In this document: piece by piece, positions 1 through 8,489 of the stretch
How the letters are laid out: each line of letters opens with the position of its first letter
How positions within the stretch are numbered: the first letter of the stretch is position 1
Source of the DNA: Chloroflexota bacterium
Lineage (GTDB): Bacteria > Chloroflexota > Anaerolineae > Anaerolineales > UBA11579
Reading direction: 5' to 3'
Length of the DNA stretch: 64,000 nt
NCBI GenBank assembly: GCA_016191875.1
Contig: JACPVG010000029.1
Coordinates: forward strand, 272,237 to 336,236
Program-made: the position numbers and the translations under genes
The notes under the pieces: model-generated
What the model saw: the letters and a program-made list of their open reading frames with translations, nothing else
What the model was told of the DNA's origin: nothing
Databases searched by the model: none

Positions 1-441
1 AACCGTGAGCGCGAAGGAAAGCACACCGCTGACGTGATGCCCTCCTGACGAACCATCCCAGCCGACCGCCGCCAGTTCCAGGCCGTTGTCGGTAAGCAGG
101 GTGGCAAACTCAGCCAGGTCCATGCTGAGGTCGACAGAGTGTGTGTTGAGCGAGATCTCGAAATCTATGGAGGCCGCGCCTTCCTGAAGATCCAACGGCG
201 TAACCGCGATCTCGATCTCGCCCTGCTCGTCGGTCTGGGTGGCTAACGCGGTCCATCCGCCGGGAATCCTGTCAAGGGTCTGCGGGTATTCGCTTGTGGC
301 GGAAGCTGCAGGTGGGCCGGCTACCTGCCCGGATGCTGAACCCGGTGCGCCCTGCGGGAGGCGTTGCACCACAGTCGCGGCCACAAGGATCAATCCGAGG
401 CTCAGCGCCGCGGCCAGAAGCAGGAGAATTCGGTTTCTCAT
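1..441 (-). CDS. Secreted protein of unknown function (partial; C-terminus lies beyond the window edge)
   Basis: Not in the ORF track because it runs off the edge. My reverse-strand translation from the ATG at 441 gives MRNRILLLLAAALSLGLILVAATVVQRLPQG... and stays open for 147 codons to position 1. Signal-like hydrophobic N-terminus. GGAGG lies a few nt upstream. ATGA start/stop overlap with gene 438..935. Confidence 0.5.
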   Translation of the reverse strand, partial: MRNRILLLLAAALSLGLILVAATVVQRLPQGAPGSASGQVAGPPAASATSEYPQTLDRIPGGWTALATQTDEQGEIEIAVTPLDLQEGAASIDFEISLNTHSVDLSMDLAEFATLLTDNGLELAAVGWDGSSGGHHVSGVLSFALTV

Positions 442-935
442 AGTACCTCCGAGATTGGTCGTATCGCCAGGGCTTTCTTGCGTTCACGGAACAGGATAGC
501 CAGCATGATGGCGATACCCACCAGCGTCGTCCCAAGACCGACGAACATGAACGCGGTCTGGTATTCCGCCAGGAAAGTGGCGGCGGCCGTCAGGCCCAGG
601 ATGGGCAACACATCTGCGACATGATGGGCACAGCAGGCCACCATCGCCGCCGTGGATGTCGCGCCGCCCGCCCCGGTCAGCGCGCCGGCCGGGCCGGCGT
701 TGGCAATCGGCGCGTACAGGCGCTTCTTGAGGATGGTGTAAAGAGCCATCTGGACGCCGAATCCAAGGATGAGCGGGACCGCGATCCAACGGTCTTGCCA
801 GAACAAGTCGAGCGCGTGCTCAACACTTTCGGCAATGGAGACGATGGCAAAATACACCAGCGCCAGACCCAGCGCGCCGCCAATGCCGGCGAACAACGGC
901 CACATGTAACGTCTTGAATTTTGCATAACCGACAA
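438..935 (-). CDS. Polytopic membrane protein of unknown function with an intramembrane CCAHH motif
   Basis: 165-aa ORF with several hydrophobic helices (FAGIGGALGLALVYFAIV, AVPLILGFGVQMALY, FMFVGLGTTLVGIAIMLAIL). Motif MVACCAHHVADV. Coupled to the downstream secreted protein. Confidence 0.6.
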   Translation of the reverse strand: MSVMQNSRRYMWPLFAGIGGALGLALVYFAIVSIAESVEHALDLFWQDRWIAVPLILGFGVQMALYTILKKRLYAPIANAGPAGALTGAGGATSTAAMVACCAHHVADVLPILGLTAAATFLAEYQTAFMFVGLGTTLVGIAIMLAILFRERKKALAIRPISEVL

Positions 936-997
936 CTTCCGATGGTCACAGGGAACGCCGGTATTCTAAATGACGGCAGGCATTCTGAAATCGGCGC

Positions 998-1032
998 TAT
1001 GGCGCATGCGCTGCTAAGCAATATGGCGCATG
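998..1032. repeat. Two copies of TATGGCGCATG (998-1008 and 1022-1032); the first overlaps the palindrome GCGCATGCGC
   Basis: Read directly in the divergent intergenic region between genes 438..935(-) and 1182..1559(+). Confidence 0.5.
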
Positions 1033-1181
1033 TCACTCGGCTCATGTCCGCCGAGACAATCGTCAGGCGCAATGGCGGATGCCAGCGTAGGCAATACTGC
1101 CTGTGGCAGGCCGGTGAGTTTGGCGCTTGATAGCGTTTCCTGTATTCCATATACTCGGAACAATAGTGCATAGCGAAGGCA

Positions 1182-1559
1182 ATGAGCGACATTTTCTCTC
1201 TCCCGGCAAACTGGAAAACGGCCAAACCGGCCGTCTTTGATGCTTTCGGACTTCTGGATTTAGACGTGCTGCAGTCGTTTGACTTGAAAGGCGCCGAGAG
1301 CGCCTTGAAAGCCTGTAGCTGCCCCCATCACGGCACGCGAGATTGTGAATGTGAATACGTGGTTTTGCTGGTCTATGGCGGCGATGAGGCCCCCATCACG
1401 CTTGAGGGGCATGGAGATGGCAGCAGGATTCTCTTCGATCTGGATAGTTTGCCCTATCATCGTATCCGCTCGAGCGCGGTCGCCATGCAGATCCGCTGGG
1501 CGTTTGAGCACGCGCGCCGGCGCCTGGCCGCAGGGGTCGAATTGGGCAAGGGCGCGTGA
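1182..1559 (+). CDS. Small cytoplasmic Cys/His-rich protein of unknown function
   Basis: 125-aa ORF with the cluster CSCPHHGTRDCEC. No hydrophobic segment. Divergent from the CCAHH membrane protein. Confidence 0.5.
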   Translation: MSDIFSLPANWKTAKPAVFDAFGLLDLDVLQSFDLKGAESALKACSCPHHGTRDCECEYVVLLVYGGDEAPITLEGHGDGSRILFDLDSLPYHRIRSSAVAMQIRWAFEHARRRLAAGVELGKGA

Positions 1560-1626
1560 ATGTCGGTTGGGGAACCAACAAAATTTCAAGAATCAACGGA
1601 TTGCATCCGCGCGGAGAACTGAGTCT

Positions 1627-2583
1627 ATGACGCTGACAGAAGAACATCGCAGTATTCCCGGAATCCTGAGACGTTCCCCATCCACTCTGCTGCTGATCGC
1701 CTTCCTCATGGGACTGGCGGCTGCCTACTTCGTATGGGGCTTTCCCGGGGTTGGTAGCCTCAGCGGAGTGGCAGGCGCTGCAGAAGCATCGATGGAGTTC
1801 ACTGATCAGGAGTTGCTCCTCCAAATCAACCCGCCAGAGGGCTTCACTCTTCCGGCAACCTATGGGGATATCGGCCCGGCGCTGCTGGCTGCCGGAGTCA
1901 TCGATCTTGATAAGTTCACTGCGGTCTACCTTCAGGCCGGGCAGCCCCTGTCGGACTATCAATTGAAGGTGCTTCTGGAGGGCAGCGACGACCCGATTGT
2001 GATGAATCGCCAAAACGCCCATTTCCTTCTTAACTTTTTCTGGGCATTGGGGCTCGCCAATGAGAACAACATCCTCACGGCCGGCCCCATGGCCCAAAAT
2101 GGAGCGGATCAGGTGGGCCGTTTTGCTTCTGTTGGCGGCTGGACCATAGGAAGACAGGAGCCGGCAGAGTTATATGCCAGTCAGGCGCTCGTAAAGTTGA
2201 CGCCTGAACAGCAGCGGCGGGTTGAACAGGCGGCCGCTGCGATTTACCGGCCGTGTTGCAGCAACCCGACAATCTTTCCGGATTGCAACCACGGGATGGC
2301 GATGTTGGGCCTTCTGGAGCTGATGGCCTACCAGGGCGCCAGCCTGGAAGAGATGCTGGAGGCTGCCAAATACGTCACCGCCTTCTGGTTCCCTGAAAAG
2401 ACGCTGATGTTGGCGCGCTACCACTTGTCCAGCGCCGGGGCAGGCTTCGCCGATATCCAACCCCGCCAGGTAGTGGGGCCGGATTACATGTCTGCCTATG
2501 GCATCCGACAGGTGGAGATCTGGCTGGACTCGCGCGGGCTGCTGCACCCACCAGACTCAAATGGCGGAGGCTGTGGGGTGTAG
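1627..2583 (+). CDS. Membrane-anchored extracytoplasmic protein of unknown function (CC-X8-C-X-H motif, C-terminal GGGCGV)
   Basis: The track ORF 1345..2583 overlaps the previous gene. The internal ATG at 1627 (MTLTEEHRS...) follows a GGAGAA and precedes a TM helix (LLLIAFLMGLAAAYFVWGF). Motifs RPCCSNPTIFPDCNHG and terminal GGGCGV. Confidence 0.6.
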   Translation: MTLTEEHRSIPGILRRSPSTLLLIAFLMGLAAAYFVWGFPGVGSLSGVAGAAEASMEFTDQELLLQINPPEGFTLPATYGDIGPALLAAGVIDLDKFTAVYLQAGQPLSDYQLKVLLEGSDDPIVMNRQNAHFLLNFFWALGLANENNILTAGPMAQNGADQVGRFASVGGWTIGRQEPAELYASQALVKLTPEQQRRVEQAAAAIYRPCCSNPTIFPDCNHGMAMLGLLELMAYQGASLEEMLEAAKYVTAFWFPEKTLMLARYHLSSAGAGFADIQPRQVVGPDYMSAYGIRQVEIWLDSRGLLHPPDSNGGGCGV

Positions 2584-2679
2584 CCTGAGTCCCATGCCAG
2601 CACCAACGCCACGGCGGATGAGGCCGGGTACAATAGTCGCTGACCGGGTTCGAGACCGGACCCGGGGAGAGAACAGGCT

Positions 2680-3354
2680 ATGGCCCGGAAACAGCCAAAG
2701 ATCAAGGTGATGCTGGCAGACGACCATGCCGTCGTCCGCTCCGGCATTCGCCTCTTCCTGGAAGATACCCTGGATATTCAGGTTGTGGCCGAAGCCGAAG
2801 ATGGGGCAGAGGCCAGAGCGCTGATCGAACAATTGCAGCCCGACGTGGCGATCCTGGATATCCAGATGCCGCACTCAAGCGGCATCGAAGTGACCCGCTG
2901 GTTGAGGACCAACTACCCCCATATCGGTGTGCTGGTGCTTACGTCCTATGACGATGACCCGTACGTCACGGCGGTGCTCCAGGCCGGTGCAAACGGCTTC
3001 ATATTGAAGACCGCATCGCCCGAGGACATTGTCAAGGCTGTGCGGGATGTACACGAGGGCGCATCGGTGCTGGATCCGGCGGTAGCTCACAAACTCCTGC
3101 TTCAGATCGCCCGGCGGCAGGAGGAACAGGGACCGACTTATGAATCGCTGACGGAGCGCGAGCGCGATGTGATCACCCTGGTAGCGAAAGGCCACACCAA
3201 CAAGGCAATCGGGGTGCAGCTGGGCATCAGCGACCGAACGGTCCAGGGCCACCTGGCGCACATCTTTGGAAAACTCCAGGCGGGTAGCCGTACAGAGGCG
3301 GTCATGAAGGCCGTTTCGTTAGGCTGGCTGCCGGCTGACATCGTAGATCTTTAG
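2680..3354 (+). CDS. Response regulator, NarL/FixJ family (REC + LuxR-type HTH)
   Basis: KVMLADDHAVVRSG...AILDIQMP receiver motifs. C-terminal LTERERDVITLVAKGHTNKAIGVQLGISDRTVQGHLAHIFGKL. Confidence 0.9.
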   Translation: MARKQPKIKVMLADDHAVVRSGIRLFLEDTLDIQVVAEAEDGAEARALIEQLQPDVAILDIQMPHSSGIEVTRWLRTNYPHIGVLVLTSYDDDPYVTAVLQAGANGFILKTASPEDIVKAVRDVHEGASVLDPAVAHKLLLQIARRQEEQGPTYESLTERERDVITLVAKGHTNKAIGVQLGISDRTVQGHLAHIFGKLQAGSRTEAVMKAVSLGWLPADIVDL

Positions 3355-3358
3355 CCGA

Positions 3359-5092
3359 ATGGCCGACAGCGCGGGCGGTGAACGGAAACAAATGGCCTGG
3401 CGCGGGCTGACCAGCCAGGTGCTGCTCATCGCTATCCTCCCGATCAGCGCGTTGCTGCTGGTTGTTACGTTTGGGAGTCTTGCATTGCACCGCAGCGCAA
3501 TGCGCTCGGTGGTTGCAGAACGCGATGGCCGAACGGTGCGGAGCGCCGCCCGCGCGCTGGACGAACACTTGAGCCATCGCGCCGCAGCCGTCCATGGCCT
3601 GGCGGCCCGGCTGGAGGCTGGGGGAACGGTGGAGGAGACGCTTCGATCCGCCGATCTTCTGCTGGTCGATTTCGACGGTGGAATAGTTGTGTATTCCGGG
3701 CGAGGCCAGCAGCTTGGCTCTGTCGGGGCGGCTGACTTCTGGCCCACTATCGAACCTGAGATCGTCGCCAGAATGGTGGCGTGCGAAGTCCCGGAGTCGG
3801 CCACGGCCTGCTTCCCAACATCGATCGCATCTTCGACGACCGGGGGTGCGATTCAGCTGGTTGTTTCCCGGTCCGGTCCCGGCCGGTTCATTGTCGTTGG
3901 GGCGTTCTCGGTGAGCGGATTGGCGGAACAGATACTGGGTGAGGCCGCCAGCGACAGTCAGTCCCGTCTCGTCCTGGTGGATGCCGTGGGAGCGCCATTG
4001 TTTCAGGTCGACAGTCAACGCGCGGACGGCGCCCCGGAGCAGTTTCCCGGAGTGGCGGAAGCGCTGCGAGGCGAGAGTGGCACGGCCTATCTGTCGATTG
4101 CCGGGACAGAGTATGTCGTTGCCTACAGCTCTGTTGCGTCGACAGGCTGGGCGCTGGTGCTCTTCGAGCCCTGGCATGCAGTTTCCGGCCCGTTGCTCCA
4201 GTTTACTGCTGCGGCTCCGTTGATTCTGGTTCCGGTCTTGTTGTTTACCCTCGCCGCCCTGTGGATGAGCGCCCGTCAGATCGTCCAGCCGCTCAAACAG
4301 CTTGAAACGCAATCCGCGGCCCTCGAATGGGGCGATTACGACGCTGTGCGGGGTGATGTGGGCGGTATCCAGGAAATTCAAAGCCTTCAACGAACCCTTG
4401 TGCATCTTGCCGACCGGATCCGCCGCTCCCAGCAGGGGTTAAGGGACTACATTGGCGTCATCACCGAGGCTCAGGAACAGGAACGCAAGCGCCTGGCGCG
4501 GGCTCTGCACGATGATGCTCTTCAGGAATTGATCGCCCTGAACCAGCAGACTCAAATGCTGAAACGAAAATCGAAGGACCGTACCGTGACCCGAGGTCTG
4601 GAAGCGGTTGAGGCCAGGATTGTTGACTTAGTTCAGGATCTGCGCCGATTCACCGGCGCGCTGCGTCCCCTGTATCTGGAAGATCTCGGCCTGGTTGCGG
4701 CGCTGCAAATGCTGGCCCAGGAAACCGGCAATCGGGATGGGTTGTCGGTCATGTTTCGCGGCGAGGGCGCCGAAGTGCGCCTGCCGGATGAGATCGAGAT
4801 CGCCATCTATCGCATCGCGCAGGAGGCCATATCGAATGTCGTCAAGCACGCCCAGGCAGGCAGCGTAGAACTTTCCCTTAACTATGAAGGCCGGTATGTC
4901 CTCTTGGAAATTCGCGACAATGGCGTCGGATTTGCGGTCCCGGAAAGTCCATCCGACCTGGCTCACGAAGGCCACTTCGGCTTGCTGGGTATCTTTGAGC
5001 GCTCGCAGCTGATGGGCGCAAAGACCGAAATCCTCTCAGAGCCCGGGAGAGGCACGACCATTCTGGTCAGCATCCCCGTCCCAGAATCTTAG
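3359..5092 (+). CDS. Sensor histidine kinase (HisKA_3 / HATPase_c) with periplasmic sensor domain and HAMP-like linker
   Basis: Two TM segments flank a ~250-aa extracytoplasmic region. H-box ERKRLARALHDDALQEL. N-box ISNVVKHAQA. G-boxes IRDNGVGF and GHFGLLG. Lies immediately downstream of the NarL-type regulator. Confidence 0.85.
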   Translation: MADSAGGERKQMAWRGLTSQVLLIAILPISALLLVVTFGSLALHRSAMRSVVAERDGRTVRSAARALDEHLSHRAAAVHGLAARLEAGGTVEETLRSADLLLVDFDGGIVVYSGRGQQLGSVGAADFWPTIEPEIVARMVACEVPESATACFPTSIASSTTGGAIQLVVSRSGPGRFIVVGAFSVSGLAEQILGEAASDSQSRLVLVDAVGAPLFQVDSQRADGAPEQFPGVAEALRGESGTAYLSIAGTEYVVAYSSVASTGWALVLFEPWHAVSGPLLQFTAAAPLILVPVLLFTLAALWMSARQIVQPLKQLETQSAALEWGDYDAVRGDVGGIQEIQSLQRTLVHLADRIRRSQQGLRDYIGVITEAQEQERKRLARALHDDALQELIALNQQTQMLKRKSKDRTVTRGLEAVEARIVDLVQDLRRFTGALRPLYLEDLGLVAALQMLAQETGNRDGLSVMFRGEGAEVRLPDEIEIAIYRIAQEAISNVVKHAQAGSVELSLNYEGRYVLLEIRDNGVGFAVPESPSDLAHEGHFGLLGIFERSQLMGAKTEILSEPGRGTTILVSIPVPES

Positions 5093-5506
5093 GCGGCATG
5101 CCGACCTGGCTGTGAACCACAGTGTAAGGGCTGGCCGAGCGTATTCCGGCACAGTGTCCCTGGCGTTCGACTTCTGTTGAACTCTTCCGTAAAGCAGATT
5201 CTGCGAGGAGTCATTCTTCCGGTTCCCCGCGCAACGGATGTTGTGTTCTACCGCATAAGTAGCTCCCTCGATGCGGTTGCTTGCTCCCAGTTTCGACCAT
5301 ATCGAACTGACGCAATGCCCGACGGTTTTCTCCGTTAGGTTCAGCGCGGCGGCGATCTCGCTGTTGGATCTGCCCTGCGCCACCAGGGCCAGCACCTCCA
5401 GCTCCCACTGACTGAGGTCGCGCTCCGCCTTGGTAACGCGGTTGATGACCTTGCGGGTTACCTGCGTGTCGTCGTCTAGTGGGCACTGACCATTCCCGAC
5501 GACCAT
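5036..5506 (-). CDS. LuxR/GerE-type HTH transcriptional regulator (solo, no receiver domain)
   Basis: LSQWELEVLALVAQGRSNSEIAAALNLTEKTVGHCVSSIWSKLG. A ~65-aa low-complexity C-terminal tail overlaps the kinase 3' end by 57 nt, so the true stop or extent is uncertain. Confidence 0.55.
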   Translation of the reverse strand: MVVGNGQCPLDDDTQVTRKVINRVTKAERDLSQWELEVLALVAQGRSNSEIAAALNLTEKTVGHCVSSIWSKLGASNRIEGATYAVEHNIRCAGNRKNDSSQNLLYGRVQQKSNARDTVPEYARPALTLWFTARSACRLRFWDGDADQNGRASPGL

Positions 5507-5547
5507 CGCGGTGCCAATGGACTACAAATCCTGATTGGTTGAACCCT

Positions 5548-5576
5548 TTGCAGGAAATTGAGAGACTGTGTATAAT
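5548..5576 (+). promoter_or_regulatory. Sigma70-like promoter: TTGCAG, 17-nt spacer, TATAAT
   Basis: -35 at 5548-5553 and -10 at 5571-5576, read directly. An exact TATAAT stands out in GC-rich DNA. An in-frame ATG lies at 5583, 7 nt after the -10. Confidence 0.4.
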
Positions 5577-8489
5577 CGGGTCATGTTGTCTAGACATCCC
5601 GTCCCAGTGCCTGTCTTCCGTATAGACGTGATGACCGAGGCAGACCACCGTCGGAGGGGGCTCAAAGAGCAGATTCGGGGGACGGGCTATCGCCTGAACG
5701 GCGATGTTGAGGTTCGCGAGGTGTACTTCCTGCAAGGGGTGCTCACCGAAGCGGAAGTTCGCGAAATCGCCCAAACGCTGGTTCTCGACCCCGTCACACA
5801 GCGCTACACGCAAGAGCAGCTCAACGCTGAGGATGGGGTCGAAGTGTTTAACTGCATTGAGGTCGTCTATAAGCCGGGCGTAACCGATAGCGCAGCCAGC
5901 CAGCTTCTGGAGGCTGCCCATCAGATGGGGATCACTGCGCTGTTGGCCGCCAGGACGGGGCTGAGCTATCGCTTTGACGAACCCGTGCCCGAGGACGTTG
6001 CACGTAGCCTTGCGTACAGATTGCTGGCGAACGCCACCGTCCAGGATTTTGCGTTTGGAGAGATCCGGCCGGAGTTTATCCATCCCGTTCCCGGCGCAAA
6101 CAAGGCGACTATCGTTCCCATCAAGGACCTGAATGCTCTGGGATTGCAGGCGCTCAGCAGCTCCCACCGCCTGTCCCTGAATCTCAAAGAAATGCAGGCC
6201 ATCCAGGCGTATTACTGTGCTCTGGGGCGCGAGCCGACCGATGCAGAACTGGAAACCATCGCCCAGACCTGGTCCGAGCACTGCCTGCACAAAACGTTCA
6301 AGGCGGATATCTTCCCCATGGACGGCAGCGAACCGATCCGCGGCCTGATAAAGACCTACATTCAGGCGGCGACCACGGAAATCAATGCCCCCTGGGTGCG
6401 TTCGGCTTTTGTGGACAATGCCGGGGTGATCGAATTCGATGAGGAGTTCGACCTGTCTTTCAAGGTGGAAACGCACAATCATCCCTCGGCAATCGAGCCG
6501 TTTGGCGGGGCGAACACCGGCGTGGGCGGGGTGGTACGCGACATCCTGGGTGTCTCCCATCGCCCGATTGCCGTAACGGATGTGTTGTGCTTTGGGCCAC
6601 AGGATCTTGCGGACGAACGACTTCCGACAGGCGTGCTGCATCCGCGCCGGATTCAAGCTGGCGTGGTGCATGGCATTGCGGATTACGGAAACAAACTTGG
6701 CTTGCCTACAGTCAATGGCTCGATTCATTATCACAGCGGCTTTTCGGCCAACCCATTGGTGTGCTGCGGATGCGTCGGCATCGGGCCGCGCGGCAGTCAT
6801 CCGAGAAGCCCCCGACCCGGCGATCGGGTGATTGTGCTGGGCGGCGCCACGGGCCGGGACGGCCTGCGCGGAGCGACCTTCAGCAGCCAGGTTATGGATG
6901 CCGGTTCGGGCGAAGTGGCCGGCGCATCGGTGCAGATCGGTGACCCAATCACGGAAAAAGGCTTGCTGGAAGTGGTCGAGCGGGCCAGGGATGCTCAATT
7001 GTACAGTGCGATCACAGACTGCGGCGCGGGCGGGCTATCCAGCGCGGTGGGTGAGATGGCCGCCCAGATTGGCGTGAGCGTGGATCTCGCCCATGTGCCG
7101 CTCAAGTATCCCGGGCTGGCTCCATGGGAAATCTGGCTCAGTGAAGCCCAAGAGCGTATGGTGCTGGCTGTGCCCGAGCGAAATTTGCCAGCGCTGCGTG
7201 CTCTGTGTCAGACCTATTGGGTGGCGCTCAGCAATATCGGCGCTTTTGAGGAAACAGGACGACTGCGGGTCGCGTTTGGCGAAGAACGCATCGTTGACCT
7301 TGACAACGACTTTCTACACGGCGGCTACCCGCCGCTGGAACTCCGGGCAGACTTTCAATTGCCTCGAAATGACATGCGCATAGCCATTGATGCTCCTGCT
7401 GATCTGGAGATTAGCGACGAAGCCGATATGCTGTTGTCCCTCCTCCGCCACCCGGATATCGCCAGCAAGGAAGCCGTCGCCCGGCGCTACGACCATGAGG
7501 TGGGGGGCGGGACGGTCATCAAACCGTTCGTCGGTCCCAGGGCGGACGGGCCTTCGGATGCCGCAGTGCTCAAACCGCGCGGCACGCGGGATTGGCGAGG
7601 AATCGCGCTCGCCAATGGTATCAATCCCCACTATGGCGAGTTCGACCCATACCGGATGGCAATCAGCGCCGTGGACGAAGCCATCCGCAATGTGGTGGCC
7701 GTCGGCGCGGACCCTGAGCGCATCGCCCTCCTTGACAATTTCTGCTGGGGAAACCCAAACCATCCCGATATGCTGGGAGGCTTGGTGCGGGCCGCCCAGG
7801 GCTGCCACGCCGCTGCCTTGCATTACCAAACGCCGTTCATTTCCGGCAAAGATTCTCTCTACAACGAATATGTTGACGAAAGCAGTGAACGGCGGGCTAT
7901 CCCCGGAACGCTGCTGGTTTCCAGCATCGGTATTGTGCCGGACATCCGTAACGCGGTTTCGATGGATCTGAAGGAAGCCGGGAACGCGCTGTTTCTCGTC
8001 GGGGACTGGGAGGGCGCGTTGGCGGGCAGCCATACCTTACTGGTCGTCCCTCATTACTTCAGTGGCCATCCATCCATCCGGCAGGTTCCAGGACTATCGC
8101 TCAACGCGCCGCACCTATACCGCGCTCTGCATGGCGCTATGCGTGCTGGCTCGGTGCGCAGCGCCCACGACCTGAGCGAAGGCGGGCTGGCGGTGGCGCT
8201 TGCAGAAATGGCGCTGGCCGGCCGAATAGGCGCACAGATTGACCTCAGCCATGTGCATGTCGATCCCCGGTTGAGTCTGTTTGCTGAAACCAATGGCTGT
8301 TTGTTGGTTGAGGTGCAAACCGAAAGGTTGCGGGAATTTCCAGAGACGCTGGCTGGTTGTTCGGTAGTTGAACTGGGGCGGGTCGAGGACTCGGGCCAGT
8401 TGATCATAACCCATGACGACCGAGTAGTGATCGACCTGTCTGTCGATACGCTTGCCAATGCGTTCACGCCGCAGGGACAGGCAGAATGA
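5568..8489 (+). CDS. purL: Phosphoribosylformylglycinamidine synthase, PurS-PurS-PurL fusion (FGAM synthase II with tandem N-terminal PurS-like units)
   Basis: WSEHCLHKTF, ETHNHPSAIEPFGGANTGVGGVVRD and two ATP-grasp-like PurM-fold halves. The ~175-aa N-terminal extension has two PurS-like units (...LVLDPVTQRY and YKPGVTDSAA...RLLANATVQDF). The start may be ATG 5583 rather than GTG 5568. Confidence 0.9.
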   Translation: MYNRVMLSRHPVPVPVFRIDVMTEADHRRRGLKEQIRGTGYRLNGDVEVREVYFLQGVLTEAEVREIAQTLVLDPVTQRYTQEQLNAEDGVEVFNCIEVVYKPGVTDSAASQLLEAAHQMGITALLAARTGLSYRFDEPVPEDVARSLAYRLLANATVQDFAFGEIRPEFIHPVPGANKATIVPIKDLNALGLQALSSSHRLSLNLKEMQAIQAYYCALGREPTDAELETIAQTWSEHCLHKTFKADIFPMDGSEPIRGLIKTYIQAATTEINAPWVRSAFVDNAGVIEFDEEFDLSFKVETHNHPSAIEPFGGANTGVGGVVRDILGVSHRPIAVTDVLCFGPQDLADERLPTGVLHPRRIQAGVVHGIADYGNKLGLPTVNGSIHYHSGFSANPLVCCGCVGIGPRGSHPRSPRPGDRVIVLGGATGRDGLRGATFSSQVMDAGSGEVAGASVQIGDPITEKGLLEVVERARDAQLYSAITDCGAGGLSSAVGEMAAQIGVSVDLAHVPLKYPGLAPWEIWLSEAQERMVLAVPERNLPALRALCQTYWVALSNIGAFEETGRLRVAFGEERIVDLDNDFLHGGYPPLELRADFQLPRNDMRIAIDAPADLEISDEADMLLSLLRHPDIASKEAVARRYDHEVGGGTVIKPFVGPRADGPSDAAVLKPRGTRDWRGIALANGINPHYGEFDPYRMAISAVDEAIRNVVAVGADPERIALLDNFCWGNPNHPDMLGGLVRAAQGCHAAALHYQTPFISGKDSLYNEYVDESSERRAIPGTLLVSSIGIVPDIRNAVSMDLKEAGNALFLVGDWEGALAGSHTLLVVPHYFSGHPSIRQVPGLSLNAPHLYRALHGAMRAGSVRSAHDLSEGGLAVALAEMALAGRIGAQIDLSHVHVDPRLSLFAETNGCLLVEVQTERLREFPETLAGCSVVELGRVEDSGQLIITHDDRVVIDLSVDTLANAFTPQGQAE

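Noticed and set aside
677-1225. 182-aa minus-strand ORF spanning the divergent intergenic region
   Set aside because: It overlaps the CCAHH membrane protein gene in another frame and runs across the start of gene 1182. It has no SD or motif support.
2640-2680. GGTTCGAGACCGG, which resembles a tRNA T-arm
   Set aside because: I could not build an acceptor stem, D-arm or anticodon arm around it. It more likely forms a simple CCGGGT/ACCCGG hairpin in the response-regulator leader.
3302-4405. 367-aa minus-strand ORF, plus the nested 3319..3804 ORF
   Set aside because: Both are antisense to the histidine kinase and have Arg/Gly/Pro-rich composition.
5211-6998. 595-aa ORF on the minus strand
   Set aside because: It is entirely antisense to purL, whose translation carries unmistakable FGAM synthase motifs. 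The antisense product is Arg/Gly/Ala-rich low-complexity sequence, typical of stop-poor frames in GC-rich DNA.
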